Source: Lysobacter sp. (GTDB lineage: Bacteria; Pseudomonadota; Gammaproteobacteria; Xanthomonadales; Xanthomonadaceae). Taken from it: a stretch of DNA of 64,000 bases. A program made the position numbers and the translations under genes. The stretch is from positions 10,684 to 74,683 of the forward strand of contig JAYSZI010000039.1 of the NCBI GenBank assembly GCA_043738095.1, in the 5' to 3' direction. Below, one piece after another: positions 8,854 through 19,485 of this stretch (position 1 is its first letter; the number at the start of each line of letters is the position of its first letter). Below the pieces are notes generated by a model, which was given only the letters and a program-made list of their open reading frames with translations, was not told where the DNA came from and ran no database searches.

Positions 8854-9957
8854 ATGAAGTTGATGCACGTTGTTTCTGGCAGCGCGGTCCTGGCGGGGGC
8901 ACTGGCAGCGGCCGTGGCTGCGCCACCTTTGAGCAAACCCAATCCACTGCGAATCAGCATGGCCGCCGCCTCGGGCAGCGCCAGTGATTTCCTGGGCGCA
9001 GTGGAAGTCACTGTCACCAACACCAGCAACAAGACCGTGCGCGTGCCGAAATGGCAGCTGCCGTCGGACTTCATCGAGGCCAAGGTGTTCAATGTGAGCC
9101 GTGACGGCGTCGCAGTCGACTACGAAGGCGCGATGATCAAGCGTGGCCTGCCGAGGGCGGAGGAGTTCGCGATCCTGCACGCGGGCGAAAGCTACCGCAC
9201 TACGGTTGACCTGTCGGCGGCCTACGATCTGTCCAAGAGCGGGCAGTACGTCGTGAGCTACGTGGCGCCGTTGCAGCATGCCTCTACGTCCGATGGCGCC
9301 ATGCTCAAACAGGGCAATGGCTTGCCGATGATTGCGCAGAGCGCACCGTTGCGGTTGTGGGTTGACGGCAGCGACCAGCTTGGGGCGGCCAAAGGCGGCA
9401 ACGTCGCTCCGGCAAAGAGGCCCGGCGGTGGCACCATCGTCAATGGCGTTACCTATGCCGGATGCAGCACGACTCAGATCAGCGATGCCGGCAGCGCGAT
9501 GAACTCCGCGCGTAACTACTCCGAGAATGCCAAGGGCTATCTCGCCGCCGGCACTGTCGGCGCGCGCTACACCACTTGGTTCGGGGCCTACACCTCGACC
9601 CGCTACGGAACCGCCAAGCAGCATTTTGTCGACATCGACGCCGCGATGGACCAAAGCGGCGGCCAGGTCACAATCAACTGCGGCTGCAATCAGAGCTACT
9701 ACGCCTACGTCTACCCGACGCGTCCGTACGAGATCTTCGTCTGCCGTGCGTTCTGGACCGCGCCGCTGACTGGAACCGATTCCAAGGCCGGCACCCTGAT
9801 CCACGAGATGAGCCACTTCAACATCGTCGCCGGTACAGACGATGTGGTCTACGGTCAAGCCGGCGCCAAGAATCTGGCGGCAACCGACCCGACTGGTGCG
9901 CTCAACAACGCCGACAACCACGAGTACTTTGCCGAGAACACGCCCAGTCAAAATTGA
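8854..9957 (+). CDS. Secreted M35-family aspzincin metalloendopeptidase (peptidyl-Lys metalloendopeptidase / AsaP1-like) with an N-terminal propeptide
   Basis: HEMSH zinc motif (9802..9816) followed by the aspzincin GTDDVVYG motif (9832..9855). Signal peptide MKLMHVVSGSAVLAGALAAAVAA. ATG 8854 is preceded by GGAG at 8841-8844. Confidence 0.85.
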   Translation: MKLMHVVSGSAVLAGALAAAVAAPPLSKPNPLRISMAAASGSASDFLGAVEVTVTNTSNKTVRVPKWQLPSDFIEAKVFNVSRDGVAVDYEGAMIKRGLPRAEEFAILHAGESYRTTVDLSAAYDLSKSGQYVVSYVAPLQHASTSDGAMLKQGNGLPMIAQSAPLRLWVDGSDQLGAAKGGNVAPAKRPGGGTIVNGVTYAGCSTTQISDAGSAMNSARNYSENAKGYLAAGTVGARYTTWFGAYTSTRYGTAKQHFVDIDAAMDQSGGQVTINCGCNQSYYAYVYPTRPYEIFVCRAFWTAPLTGTDSKAGTLIHEMSHFNIVAGTDDVVYGQAGAKNLAATDPTGALNNADNHEYFAENTPSQN

Positions 9958-9976
9958 GCGGCCGGATCACATAGCG

Positions 9977-10012
9977 AAAAAAAAGCAGCCCGTTTCGACG
10001 GGCTGTTTTTTT
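9977..10012 (+). terminator. Intrinsic terminator after the M35 protease gene
   Basis: A-run, then CAGCCCG-tttcga-CGGGCTG, then TTTTTTT. Confidence 0.8.
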
Positions 10013-10061
10013 ACAAGACGCCGATCAGGGACACAGACCCGTGCGAGTCAAGTCCTGCCAT

Positions 10062-10086
10062 AAAAAAACCCGGCCGAAGCCGGGCT
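10062..10086 (-). terminator. Intrinsic terminator of the cold-shock gene
   Basis: The minus strand reads AGCCCGGC-ttcg-GCCGGG-TTTTTTT, about 60 nt downstream of the csp stop. Confidence 0.75.
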
Positions 10087-10145
10087 CAATAGGATCATTG
10101 CGGGCCGCCAGAGCGCTAATGAACGCTGCGCTGCCCCCTACTGCC

Positions 10146-10355
10146 TTACAGCGGCTCGACCGCGTCAGCCTGAAGACCTTTCTGGCCTTGGGTGACGGTG
10201 AAGCTGACCTTCTGGCCCTCTTGCAGACTCTTGAAGCCCTGGGACTGGATCGCACGGAAGTGGACGAACACGTCCTCGCCATTCTCGCGGCTGATAAAGC
10301 CGAAGCCCTTGGCATCGTTGAACCACTTGACCGTACCGGTTTCACGCTCGGACAT
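10146..10355 (-). CDS. cspA: Cold-shock protein, CspA family (69 aa)
   Basis: [52 protein letters not shown] carries the RNP1 (KGFGFI) and RNP2 (VFVHF) motifs. A long upstream non-coding region (10356..10566) fits the long 5' UTRs of csp mRNAs. Confidence 0.95.
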   Translation of the reverse strand: MSERETGTVKWFNDAKGFGFISRENGEDVFVHFRAIQSQGFKSLQEGQKVSFTVTQGQKGLQADAVEPL

Positions 10356-10566
10356 GACTTGCTCCTTGGAACATTGGTTGAAAACGCCACACGGCGTAAC
10401 GCTGGTTGCAAGGAGGAAACGAGGTGCAACGATGTAGCGGATCGGTGGATCAACCGCATCGGGCCACGATTCACAGTGACCTTGGGCCAACACAGCGACC
10501 GCAACGTACCCCGCAATAAGTGAAAATGCAATAACACCGGACCGCCCGTCCGGATGAGGACTTCGG

Positions 10567-11067
10567 ATGGAAATGCAGTCGATGTACTACCTTCTGGCAG
10601 CGGTGCTGGTGCTGGTGGGCATGGCCGGAACTGTGCTGCCGGCGCTGCCGGGCTTGCCGCTGGTTTTTGCCGGCATGTTGCTCGCAGCATGGGCGGGGGA
10701 TTTCCAACAGGTCAGCGGCTGGACGCTGGGCGTGCTTGGCGTATTAACCGTACTTTCGCTAGGCATCGATTTCATGGCCACCGCGTTGGGCGCTAAACGC
10801 GTCGGCGCGAGCAAGCTGGCATTGATCGGCGCGATCATCGGTACCTTTGCCGGCCTCGCGTTTGGCTTGGTTGGCGTATTCATCGGCCCGTTCGTAGGTG
10901 CACTTATCGGTGAACTGATCCACGGCCGCAGTGCGGGTCGGGACAAACTCGGGCAAGCAGCCAAGGTCGGCTTCGGCACGTGGCTTGGGATACTGTTCGG
11001 GACGGTGCTCAAGCTTGGGCTGGCGTTCGCGATGCTGGGTCTGTTCGCGCTGGCGTGGTTTCTCTAA
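10567..11067 (+). CDS. DUF456-family integral membrane protein
   Basis: About 160 aa with four hydrophobic Gly-rich helices, [19 protein letters not shown]...[11 protein letters not shown], characteristic of the family. Confidence 0.7.
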   Translation: MEMQSMYYLLAAVLVLVGMAGTVLPALPGLPLVFAGMLLAAWAGDFQQVSGWTLGVLGVLTVLSLGIDFMATALGAKRVGASKLALIGAIIGTFAGLAFGLVGVFIGPFVGALIGELIHGRSAGRDKLGQAAKVGFGTWLGILFGTVLKLGLAFAMLGLFALAWFL

Positions 11068-11132
11068 AGCGGCGGCTTTCACGCCGTGTTCGACGTTCGA
11101 CGACGACATTACCCGGCAAGAAAGGGGATCCG

Positions 11133-12422
11133 ATGACACGCTGGAGCAAAAAACGCATGACCTGGACGATTGTCATCACCGTGCTGGTGACCGTGTTGAC
11201 CGTGGTGCTGGCGATGAACTTCGCCACCCCGGAAAAAAAGCTGGAACGCAATATCCAGCACCGCTACGGCGTGGAGGACCCGCAGTTCGAACGCGAGATG
11301 GGCGTTTTACTTGGTCCGGGCATTGTCTCGGGCAACCGGATCACCGACCTCCAAAACGGCAAGGAGATCTTCCCCGCGATGTTAGCGGCGGTTTCGGCGG
11401 CACAGAGCAGCATCGCGTTCGAGACCTATATCTACTGGTCAGGTGATATCGGCCAGAAGATGGCCGATGCGCTGTCCGAGAGAGCTCGCGCCGGGGTGAA
11501 GGTCAATGTGATGATCGATTGGGCCGGCAGCATCAAGATGGACGACGCGCTGCTGGAGCAGATGGAAAAAGCCGGTGCAGCAGTGCATCGCTACCGGCCG
11601 CTGCACTGGTACAACCTCGGCCGCATCAACAACCGCACCCACCGCAAGTTGCTGGTGATCGACGGCCGCATCGGCTTCACCGGCGGCGTGGGCATTGCCG
11701 ACCAATGGGAAGGCGAGGCGCAGGATCCAGAGCATTGGCGCGACATGCATTTCCGCATCGAGGGCCCTGTCGTGGCGCAGATGCAAGCCGCGTTCAACGA
11801 CAACTGGATCAAGACCACCGGCGAGGTGCTCAACGGTGCCGAGTATTTTCCGCCGTTGCAACCCGTCGGAACGTCCGATGCGCATCTGTTCATCAGCTCT
11901 CCCGCCGGCGGCAGCGAAAGCATGCATTTGATGTACCTGATGGCCATCGCCGCGGCCAAGCACAGCATCGACCTGGAAGCGTCGTACTTCGTGCCAGACA
12001 CGCTGATCAGCAAGGCACTGCTGACGGCCCGCCAGCGCGGAGTTCGGGTGCGGATCGTGCTGCCGGGCGAACACATCGATTCGGCGACCGTGCGCATCGC
12101 CTCCAAGCGCGAATGGGGCGAACTACTGCTCGGTGGCGTGGAAATCTATGAGTACAAGCCCACGATGATGCATAACAAGCTGCTGATCGTCGATCAGGAA
12201 CTGGTGTCGGTGGGTTCTACCAATTTCGATATCCGCTCGTTCCGGCTCAACGATGAGGCCAGCCTCAACGTTTACGACAAGGATTTTGCCGCGCACATGG
12301 GAGAAGTCTTCGAGCAGGATCTGAAGCCGACCAAACGCTACACCTATGAGATGTGGAAAGAGCGCCCGTTCAAGGAGAAGTTTGCCGAGAAGGTGCTGTA
12401 CCCGATCAAGTCGCAGCTGTGA
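11133..12422 (+). CDS. cls: Cardiolipin synthase / phospholipase-D superfamily protein with an N-terminal TM anchor
   Basis: Two HKD motifs (HRKLLVIDG...GGVGI and HNKLLIVD...VGSTN). TM helix WTIVITVLVTVLTVVLAM. Start placed at the MTRWSKK Met (11133). Confidence 0.85.
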   Translation: MTRWSKKRMTWTIVITVLVTVLTVVLAMNFATPEKKLERNIQHRYGVEDPQFEREMGVLLGPGIVSGNRITDLQNGKEIFPAMLAAVSAAQSSIAFETYIYWSGDIGQKMADALSERARAGVKVNVMIDWAGSIKMDDALLEQMEKAGAAVHRYRPLHWYNLGRINNRTHRKLLVIDGRIGFTGGVGIADQWEGEAQDPEHWRDMHFRIEGPVVAQMQAAFNDNWIKTTGEVLNGAEYFPPLQPVGTSDAHLFISSPAGGSESMHLMYLMAIAAAKHSIDLEASYFVPDTLISKALLTARQRGVRVRIVLPGEHIDSATVRIASKREWGELLLGGVEIYEYKPTMMHNKLLIVDQELVSVGSTNFDIRSFRLNDEASLNVYDKDFAAHMGEVFEQDLKPTKRYTYEMWKERPFKEKFAEKVLYPIKSQL

Positions 12423-12585
12423 TCCAGATCGGCGCGAGCAGATCGGCGCGAGCCGTCCACAAGTGGAAGCAACACCGTAAGCCTTCGCGCTCGTTCCTCC
12501 GCAATAGCTGAGTGTGTCGGCGACTCAGCTGGTGCGACCGGAGCGAGCTAACCTTGCGCCTACCTCGGCGTAAGGAGACGCAACA

Positions 12586-13542
12586 ATGAAGGCCCGCCGC
12601 ATTCTCTCCCTCGACGGTGGCGGTATCCGCGGCCTCGTCAGTTGCCGCTGGCTATCGGCTGTCGACGACGCCCTGCGCGGGTTCGGAAAGCCCGGGTTAA
12701 CGGGCAGTTTCGATTTAATCGCGGGTACCTCGACCGGGGCGTTCGTGGCCTGCGGGCTAGCCATGGGCTTTGCACCGGACAAGCTCGCCGACCTGTATCG
12801 CCAGCAGGCCAACGTGATCTTCCCGGGCATCGCCGGACGCCTGTGGTCGCGCGTCGGACGCGTCTTCAGTGAAGGCCCGTCGGCACCGAGGTATGACGGG
12901 AAGGGTCTGGAAAAAGTCCTGAAGCAGGTGTTCGGCAACGCCACGCTCGGGCAGGCCAAGCTGCCACTGCTGATCACCAGCTACGACACGATTTCGCGCA
13001 CGCCGGTGATGTTCAAAAGCTTCAAGCCCGAGCATAAGGATTTGCTGATGTGGGAGGTCTGCCGCGCCTCGTCGGCGGCACCGACCTACTTCCCCGCCCA
13101 CCCGCTGAAGGTGGAAGGCCGCCATTGCGCGCTGATCGATGGCGGCGTGGTCGCCAACAACCCAACCGCATGCGCTATCGCCGAGGCCTTGCGCAAGGAT
13201 GCACGCGTCGACAGCACGCAGGACCTGGTGGTTCTGTCGGTCGGTACCGGTGAGCGCACGCGCAGCATCGCCCTGAAGTCGGCCCGCGAATGGGGCGCGC
13301 TGGAGTGGGCGATCCCGATCATCGACGTGCTGTTCGACGGCAACACCGATTCGGTTGACTACATCGCGCGGCAGTTGGTGGGCGACGGTTACTTCCGCTT
13401 GCAGACCGAGCTGCTGATCGGCTTGGACGACCTCGACGACGTCAGCGCGACCAACATCGCGGCGCTGGAGATCCTGGCCAAGGATTATCTGTTGCAGCCA
13501 GCAACGCAGAAACAACTCACCGCGCTGGTGGCAGCGCTGTAA
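12586..13542 (+). CDS. Patatin-like phospholipase
   Basis: Oxyanion loop LDGGGIRG, nucleophile elbow GTSTG and catalytic DGG (LIDGGVVANNP). AAGGAGA RBS lies upstream. Confidence 0.9.
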   Translation: MKARRILSLDGGGIRGLVSCRWLSAVDDALRGFGKPGLTGSFDLIAGTSTGAFVACGLAMGFAPDKLADLYRQQANVIFPGIAGRLWSRVGRVFSEGPSAPRYDGKGLEKVLKQVFGNATLGQAKLPLLITSYDTISRTPVMFKSFKPEHKDLLMWEVCRASSAAPTYFPAHPLKVEGRHCALIDGGVVANNPTACAIAEALRKDARVDSTQDLVVLSVGTGERTRSIALKSAREWGALEWAIPIIDVLFDGNTDSVDYIARQLVGDGYFRLQTELLIGLDDLDDVSATNIAALEILAKDYLLQPATQKQLTALVAAL

Positions 13543-13676
13543 GCGCATGCGCGCCGGCCCGCGACGACGTCACTGACGCGCTGGGGTGTCCCCCTAATTC
13601 AACACGCGCCAGATCGTGAACCTCGCCGAGCGTCGCGGGGTCCCCTATCTACGATCCAAGCGACGGTCGGCGACTG

Positions 13677-15248
13677 TTAGGCAACCACTACCGGAATCCT
13701 GCCAATGCGCGCCTGCCATTCGCGCGGGCCGGTTTCATGCACGGACTCGCCGGTGCTGTCCACGGCAACCGACACCGGCATGTCCTGCACCGTGAACTCG
13801 TAGATCGCCTCCATGCCGAGGTCGGCAAAACCGACTACGCGTGCGGCTTTGATCGCCTTCGACACCAGATACGCGGCGCCGCCCACCGCCATCAGGTACA
13901 CCGATTGGTGCTTGCGGATCGCGGCGATCCCGGCGGGGCCGCGCTCAGCCTTGCCGACCATGCCGAGCAGGCCAGTCTGGGCGAGCACCTGCTCGGTGAA
14001 CTTGTCCATGCGCGTGGCGGTGGTCGGGCCAGCGGGACCGACGACCTCGTCGCGCACCGGATCCACCGGGCCGACGTAGTAGATGAAGCGGCCGCGGAAA
14101 TCGACAGGCAGCGGCTCGCCGCGGTCGAGCATCTCGACAATCCGCTTATGCGCGGCGTCGCGACCGGTCAGCAGTCTGCCGTTGAGCAGCAGCACTTCGC
14201 CGGGCTTCCAGCCCATGACGTCTTCCGGCGTCACGGTATCGAGATCGACGCGGCGCCCTTTCGAGCTGTCGTAGGTAAGCTGCGGCCAGTCTCCCAGCGA
14301 TGGCGGCTCCAGCATCACCGGGCCGCTGCCATCGAGCACGAAATGGGCGTGGCGCGTCGCCGCGCAGTTCGGGATCAACGCCACCGGCAGGTTCGCGGCG
14401 TGGGTCGGGAAATCCTTGACCTTGATGTCGAGCACCGTGGTCAGCCCGCCCAGGCCCTGCGCGCCGATACCGAGTGCGTTGACCTTGTCGAACAGCTCCA
14501 GCCGCAACTCCTCGGCGCGGTTGCTCGCCCCGCGCGCCTGCAGGTCGGTGATGTCGATGGGTTCCATCAAGGCCTCTTTGGCCAGCAGCATTGCCTTCTC
14601 GGCGGTGCCGCCGATGCCGATGCCGAGCATGCCCGGCGGGCACCAGCCCGCACCCATCGTCGGCACGGTTTTGAGCACCCAGTCGACGATTGAATCGGAC
14701 GGATTGAGCATCGCGAACTTCGACTTCGCCTCCGAGCCGCCGCCCTTAGCCGCGACGATCACATCGACGGTGTTGCCCGGCACCACTTTCATGTTGACCA
14801 CGCCGGGGGTGTTGTCGCCGGTGTTGCGGCGCTTGCCGGCTGGATCGGCCAGCACCGACGCACGCAACTTGTTGTCGGGGTGCTGGTAGGCGCGGCGCAC
14901 ACCCTCGTTGACCATGTCCTCGACGCCCATGGTGGCGTCGTCCCAACGCACGCTCATGCCGATTTCGAGGACCACGGTGACGATGCCGGTGTCTTGACAG
15001 ATTGGGCGGTGGCCCTCGGCGCACATCCGCGAGTTGATCAGGATCTGCGCGATCGCGTCCCTGGCCGCGGGGCTCTGCTCGCGCTCGTAGGCGGCGGCGA
15101 GGTTCTTGATGTAGTCGACCGGGTGGTAGTACGAGATGTACTGCAGCGCGTCGGCGACAGACTGGATGAAGTCCTCCTGCTTGATCGAAACCGCAGAAGT
15201 CGAGAAGAGGGTGCGGGCAACTGGGGGGGAAGCGGTCACGGTGGGCAT
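13677..15248 (-). CDS. fumA: Class I (Fe-S dependent) fumarate hydratase, single-chain type
   Basis: IKQEDFIQSVADALQYISYYHPVDYIKNL...INSRMCAEGHRPICQDTGIV... with about 520 aa colinear with fused alpha/beta class I fumarases. Confidence 0.9.
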   Translation of the reverse strand: MPTVTASPPVARTLFSTSAVSIKQEDFIQSVADALQYISYYHPVDYIKNLAAAYEREQSPAARDAIAQILINSRMCAEGHRPICQDTGIVTVVLEIGMSVRWDDATMGVEDMVNEGVRRAYQHPDNKLRASVLADPAGKRRNTGDNTPGVVNMKVVPGNTVDVIVAAKGGGSEAKSKFAMLNPSDSIVDWVLKTVPTMGAGWCPPGMLGIGIGGTAEKAMLLAKEALMEPIDITDLQARGASNRAEELRLELFDKVNALGIGAQGLGGLTTVLDIKVKDFPTHAANLPVALIPNCAATRHAHFVLDGSGPVMLEPPSLGDWPQLTYDSSKGRRVDLDTVTPEDVMGWKPGEVLLLNGRLLTGRDAAHKRIVEMLDRGEPLPVDFRGRFIYYVGPVDPVRDEVVGPAGPTTATRMDKFTEQVLAQTGLLGMVGKAERGPAGIAAIRKHQSVYLMAVGGAAYLVSKAIKAARVVGFADLGMEAIYEFTVQDMPVSVAVDSTGESVHETGPREWQARIGRIPVVVA

Positions 15249-15943
15249 CGGGCTGGCAGCGGAGAACCAATTCTACCGGGCGGCGGTCGGGCGGCCTCAA
15301 AGCGATCCCTCGCGGCGGCCCGGCGCACTAAGGACGCGTCCACCCGCCAAATCCGCGCGAAAGCCAGCGGTCGCCCGTTCGCCCGCTCAGGAGCAGCCCC
15401 CGCAGCGCTCGCTGCCGGCTGCGCCGTGCGGGACAGCGGCGGCTGCCGGATAGCCGACCTGCGCAAGGGCATCGGGCGCATTCCTCGGTCAATCGCCCGT
15501 CGACGCGGACGGGCTGCAAGGCACCGGCTGATTCCGGCTCAGCCCGCGCACAAACTTGCTCTGCGTTCCCTCACTTGCAGCCCCACGTTCGACAGGCAGA
15601 ATCCACCCATGCCCATTCCCGCCGAATCCAGCGCCGCCGCGCACGCGCGCCGAGAGCCGATCCCGCACAACCGCTTCAACGCGCTGCGCAATCTACCGCC
15701 GTGCGTGCGCCTGATCGGGGCGACCAGCCCCCCGCTGACGCTGACTAGGCTCGGGTTGCGCATCGTCCACGCGTTCCTCCCAGTCGCGATGCAGCTCGAT
15801 CCTCACCGCACAGGCTCGCCCTGGGGAACTCAAATGGACGGATATTCACTGTTGCGGGCATGTAACGTCCGCACGCCGCTTGATGCTTCGCGCCGACGCA
15901 ATCCGCCGCTTCGGCCAACGTGTTCCACCCAGAGAGCCCAAGC

Positions 15944-16291
15944 ATGATGTCACCGGCTCTTCGCCCCCGAATCATCCGCGCGGCCTGTCTGTGGTCGCTG
16001 CTGGCAATGCCTTGGTTCGTGACTGGATGCAGCGAGGACGCACCGGCCCAGACCCCGCTGATCACCACCCTGCCCCAGGCCGCCTGGACCACCTGCGCGA
16101 CCGACGACGCGTGCCACGCGCGCTGGTTGCCCTGCCGCGGCTGGCGCGCGATCAATCGCGAGCACAGCAGTGAGGTCGAGGCCTGGTATGCGCAGGCAAA
16201 CCGCGCCTACCTGAGCCGCGCCGATTGCGACGTGCTGCCAGGCGCTGCACCGGTCGCATTCTGCCGCGCGAAGCAGTGCACCTTGGAATAA
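15944..16291 (+). CDS. Small Cys-rich lipoprotein of unknown function
   Basis: Signal peptide with lipobox FVTGC, six further Cys, and no family that I recognise. Start placed at ATG 15944. Confidence 0.5.
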   Translation: MMSPALRPRIIRAACLWSLLAMPWFVTGCSEDAPAQTPLITTLPQAAWTTCATDDACHARWLPCRGWRAINREHSSEVEAWYAQANRAYLSRADCDVLPGAAPVAFCRAKQCTLE

Positions 16292-16401
16292 GCCGACTTT
16301 CGCACGCCGCGATTCGGCCGGCGTCAAGGGGTGGAGGCCCGCGTTGAAGCTGCGACAATCGACGCCCCCTCGGCCTGCCGAGACCAGTCGAAACGGCACC
16401 G

Positions 16402-18768
<2,367 letters not shown>

Positions 18769-18851
18769 CGCGCACAGGCATCGGGGCCGGGGAAAGAGCG
18801 AGAGCGAGTATTCGCGATGCGTTGTTGGCGGCGCGTCTTGCCATGCCACCG

Positions 18852-19406
18852 TTAGAACAACGCGGCTTGTGGGCTCCCCACCACGGTGTAATCCAGCTTT
18901 CCCGCCACAAGACGCGCTGCCGCCGTGTACGAATGGGTCTTATCGCGTCCTGGCGCAACTAGGTGAATCGCCTCCCACCCTCGCGCCTTGAAATCGTCGG
19001 AGATCAGACTGCGGTGGCATTGCCACCACAACGCCTCGGCGCACATCACGGCCGTGCGCTGCGCTCGTGCGAGTTGCGCCCACCGCGCGGTCGCATCGCG
19101 ACACGGCTGCGTTCCCATGTAATCGGCGTAACCGCGGAAACTCGCATTCCGCCATGCGAGGTTCGCCGAGTCTGACTTGGGCGCTCGGCGGCCGCCGAGC
19201 TCGGGTCCCGGCAGGTAGGCGACGCCTGCTTCGGGCAACGCGCGCCCCATCGACTGGGCAGAAAACTACGGATGACACCACGATCCGGCGAAACGCCGAA
19301 CGTCCACCAGTGCAGTGATGCCGGCATCGGTCAGCGTCGACGCGAACACCGCCCAGGCGGGGGTCGAGTGCCCGATCGTCCACAGCGTCGGTGGTGGCTG
19401 CGTCAT
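18852..19406 (-). pseudogene. DUF488-family gene interrupted by one in-frame TAG (19266..19268)
   Basis: N-terminal 46 codons MTQPPPTLWTIGHSTPAWAVFASTLTDAGITALVDVRRFAGSWCHP, then TAG. The same frame continues FSAQSMGRALPEAGVAYLP...FRGYADYM...VMCAEALWWQCHRSLISD. It is colinear with full-length DUF488 proteins. Confidence 0.75.
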
Positions 19407-19485
19407 GCCAACCATCGTGCCCCTGCCGCAGTGAAGTCGCGTTGACGCCGGCCCGGCTAGGCTTCACGCAACCGTGGAGAACGAC

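Noticed and set aside
8647-9951. 434-aa minus-strand ORF covering the M35 protease locus
   Set aside because: No recognisable domains. The plus strand carries HEMSH/GTDDVVYG, a signal peptide and an RBS.
12586-13542. Patatin-like phospholipase as a CBASS (CapV-type) defence effector
   Set aside because: There is no CD-NTase/cyclase, E1/E2-like or other CBASS gene adjacent. The neighbours are a PLD-family lipid enzyme and fumarase, so a housekeeping or lipid role is more parsimonious.
15609-15947. 113-codon ORF (MPIPAESSAAAHARREPIPHNRF...) in the fumA-lipoprotein gap
   Set aside because: No RBS, a Pro/Arg/Ala-rich unstructured-looking translation and no recognisable motif. It is part of a 355-codon open frame that is clearly spurious over fumA.
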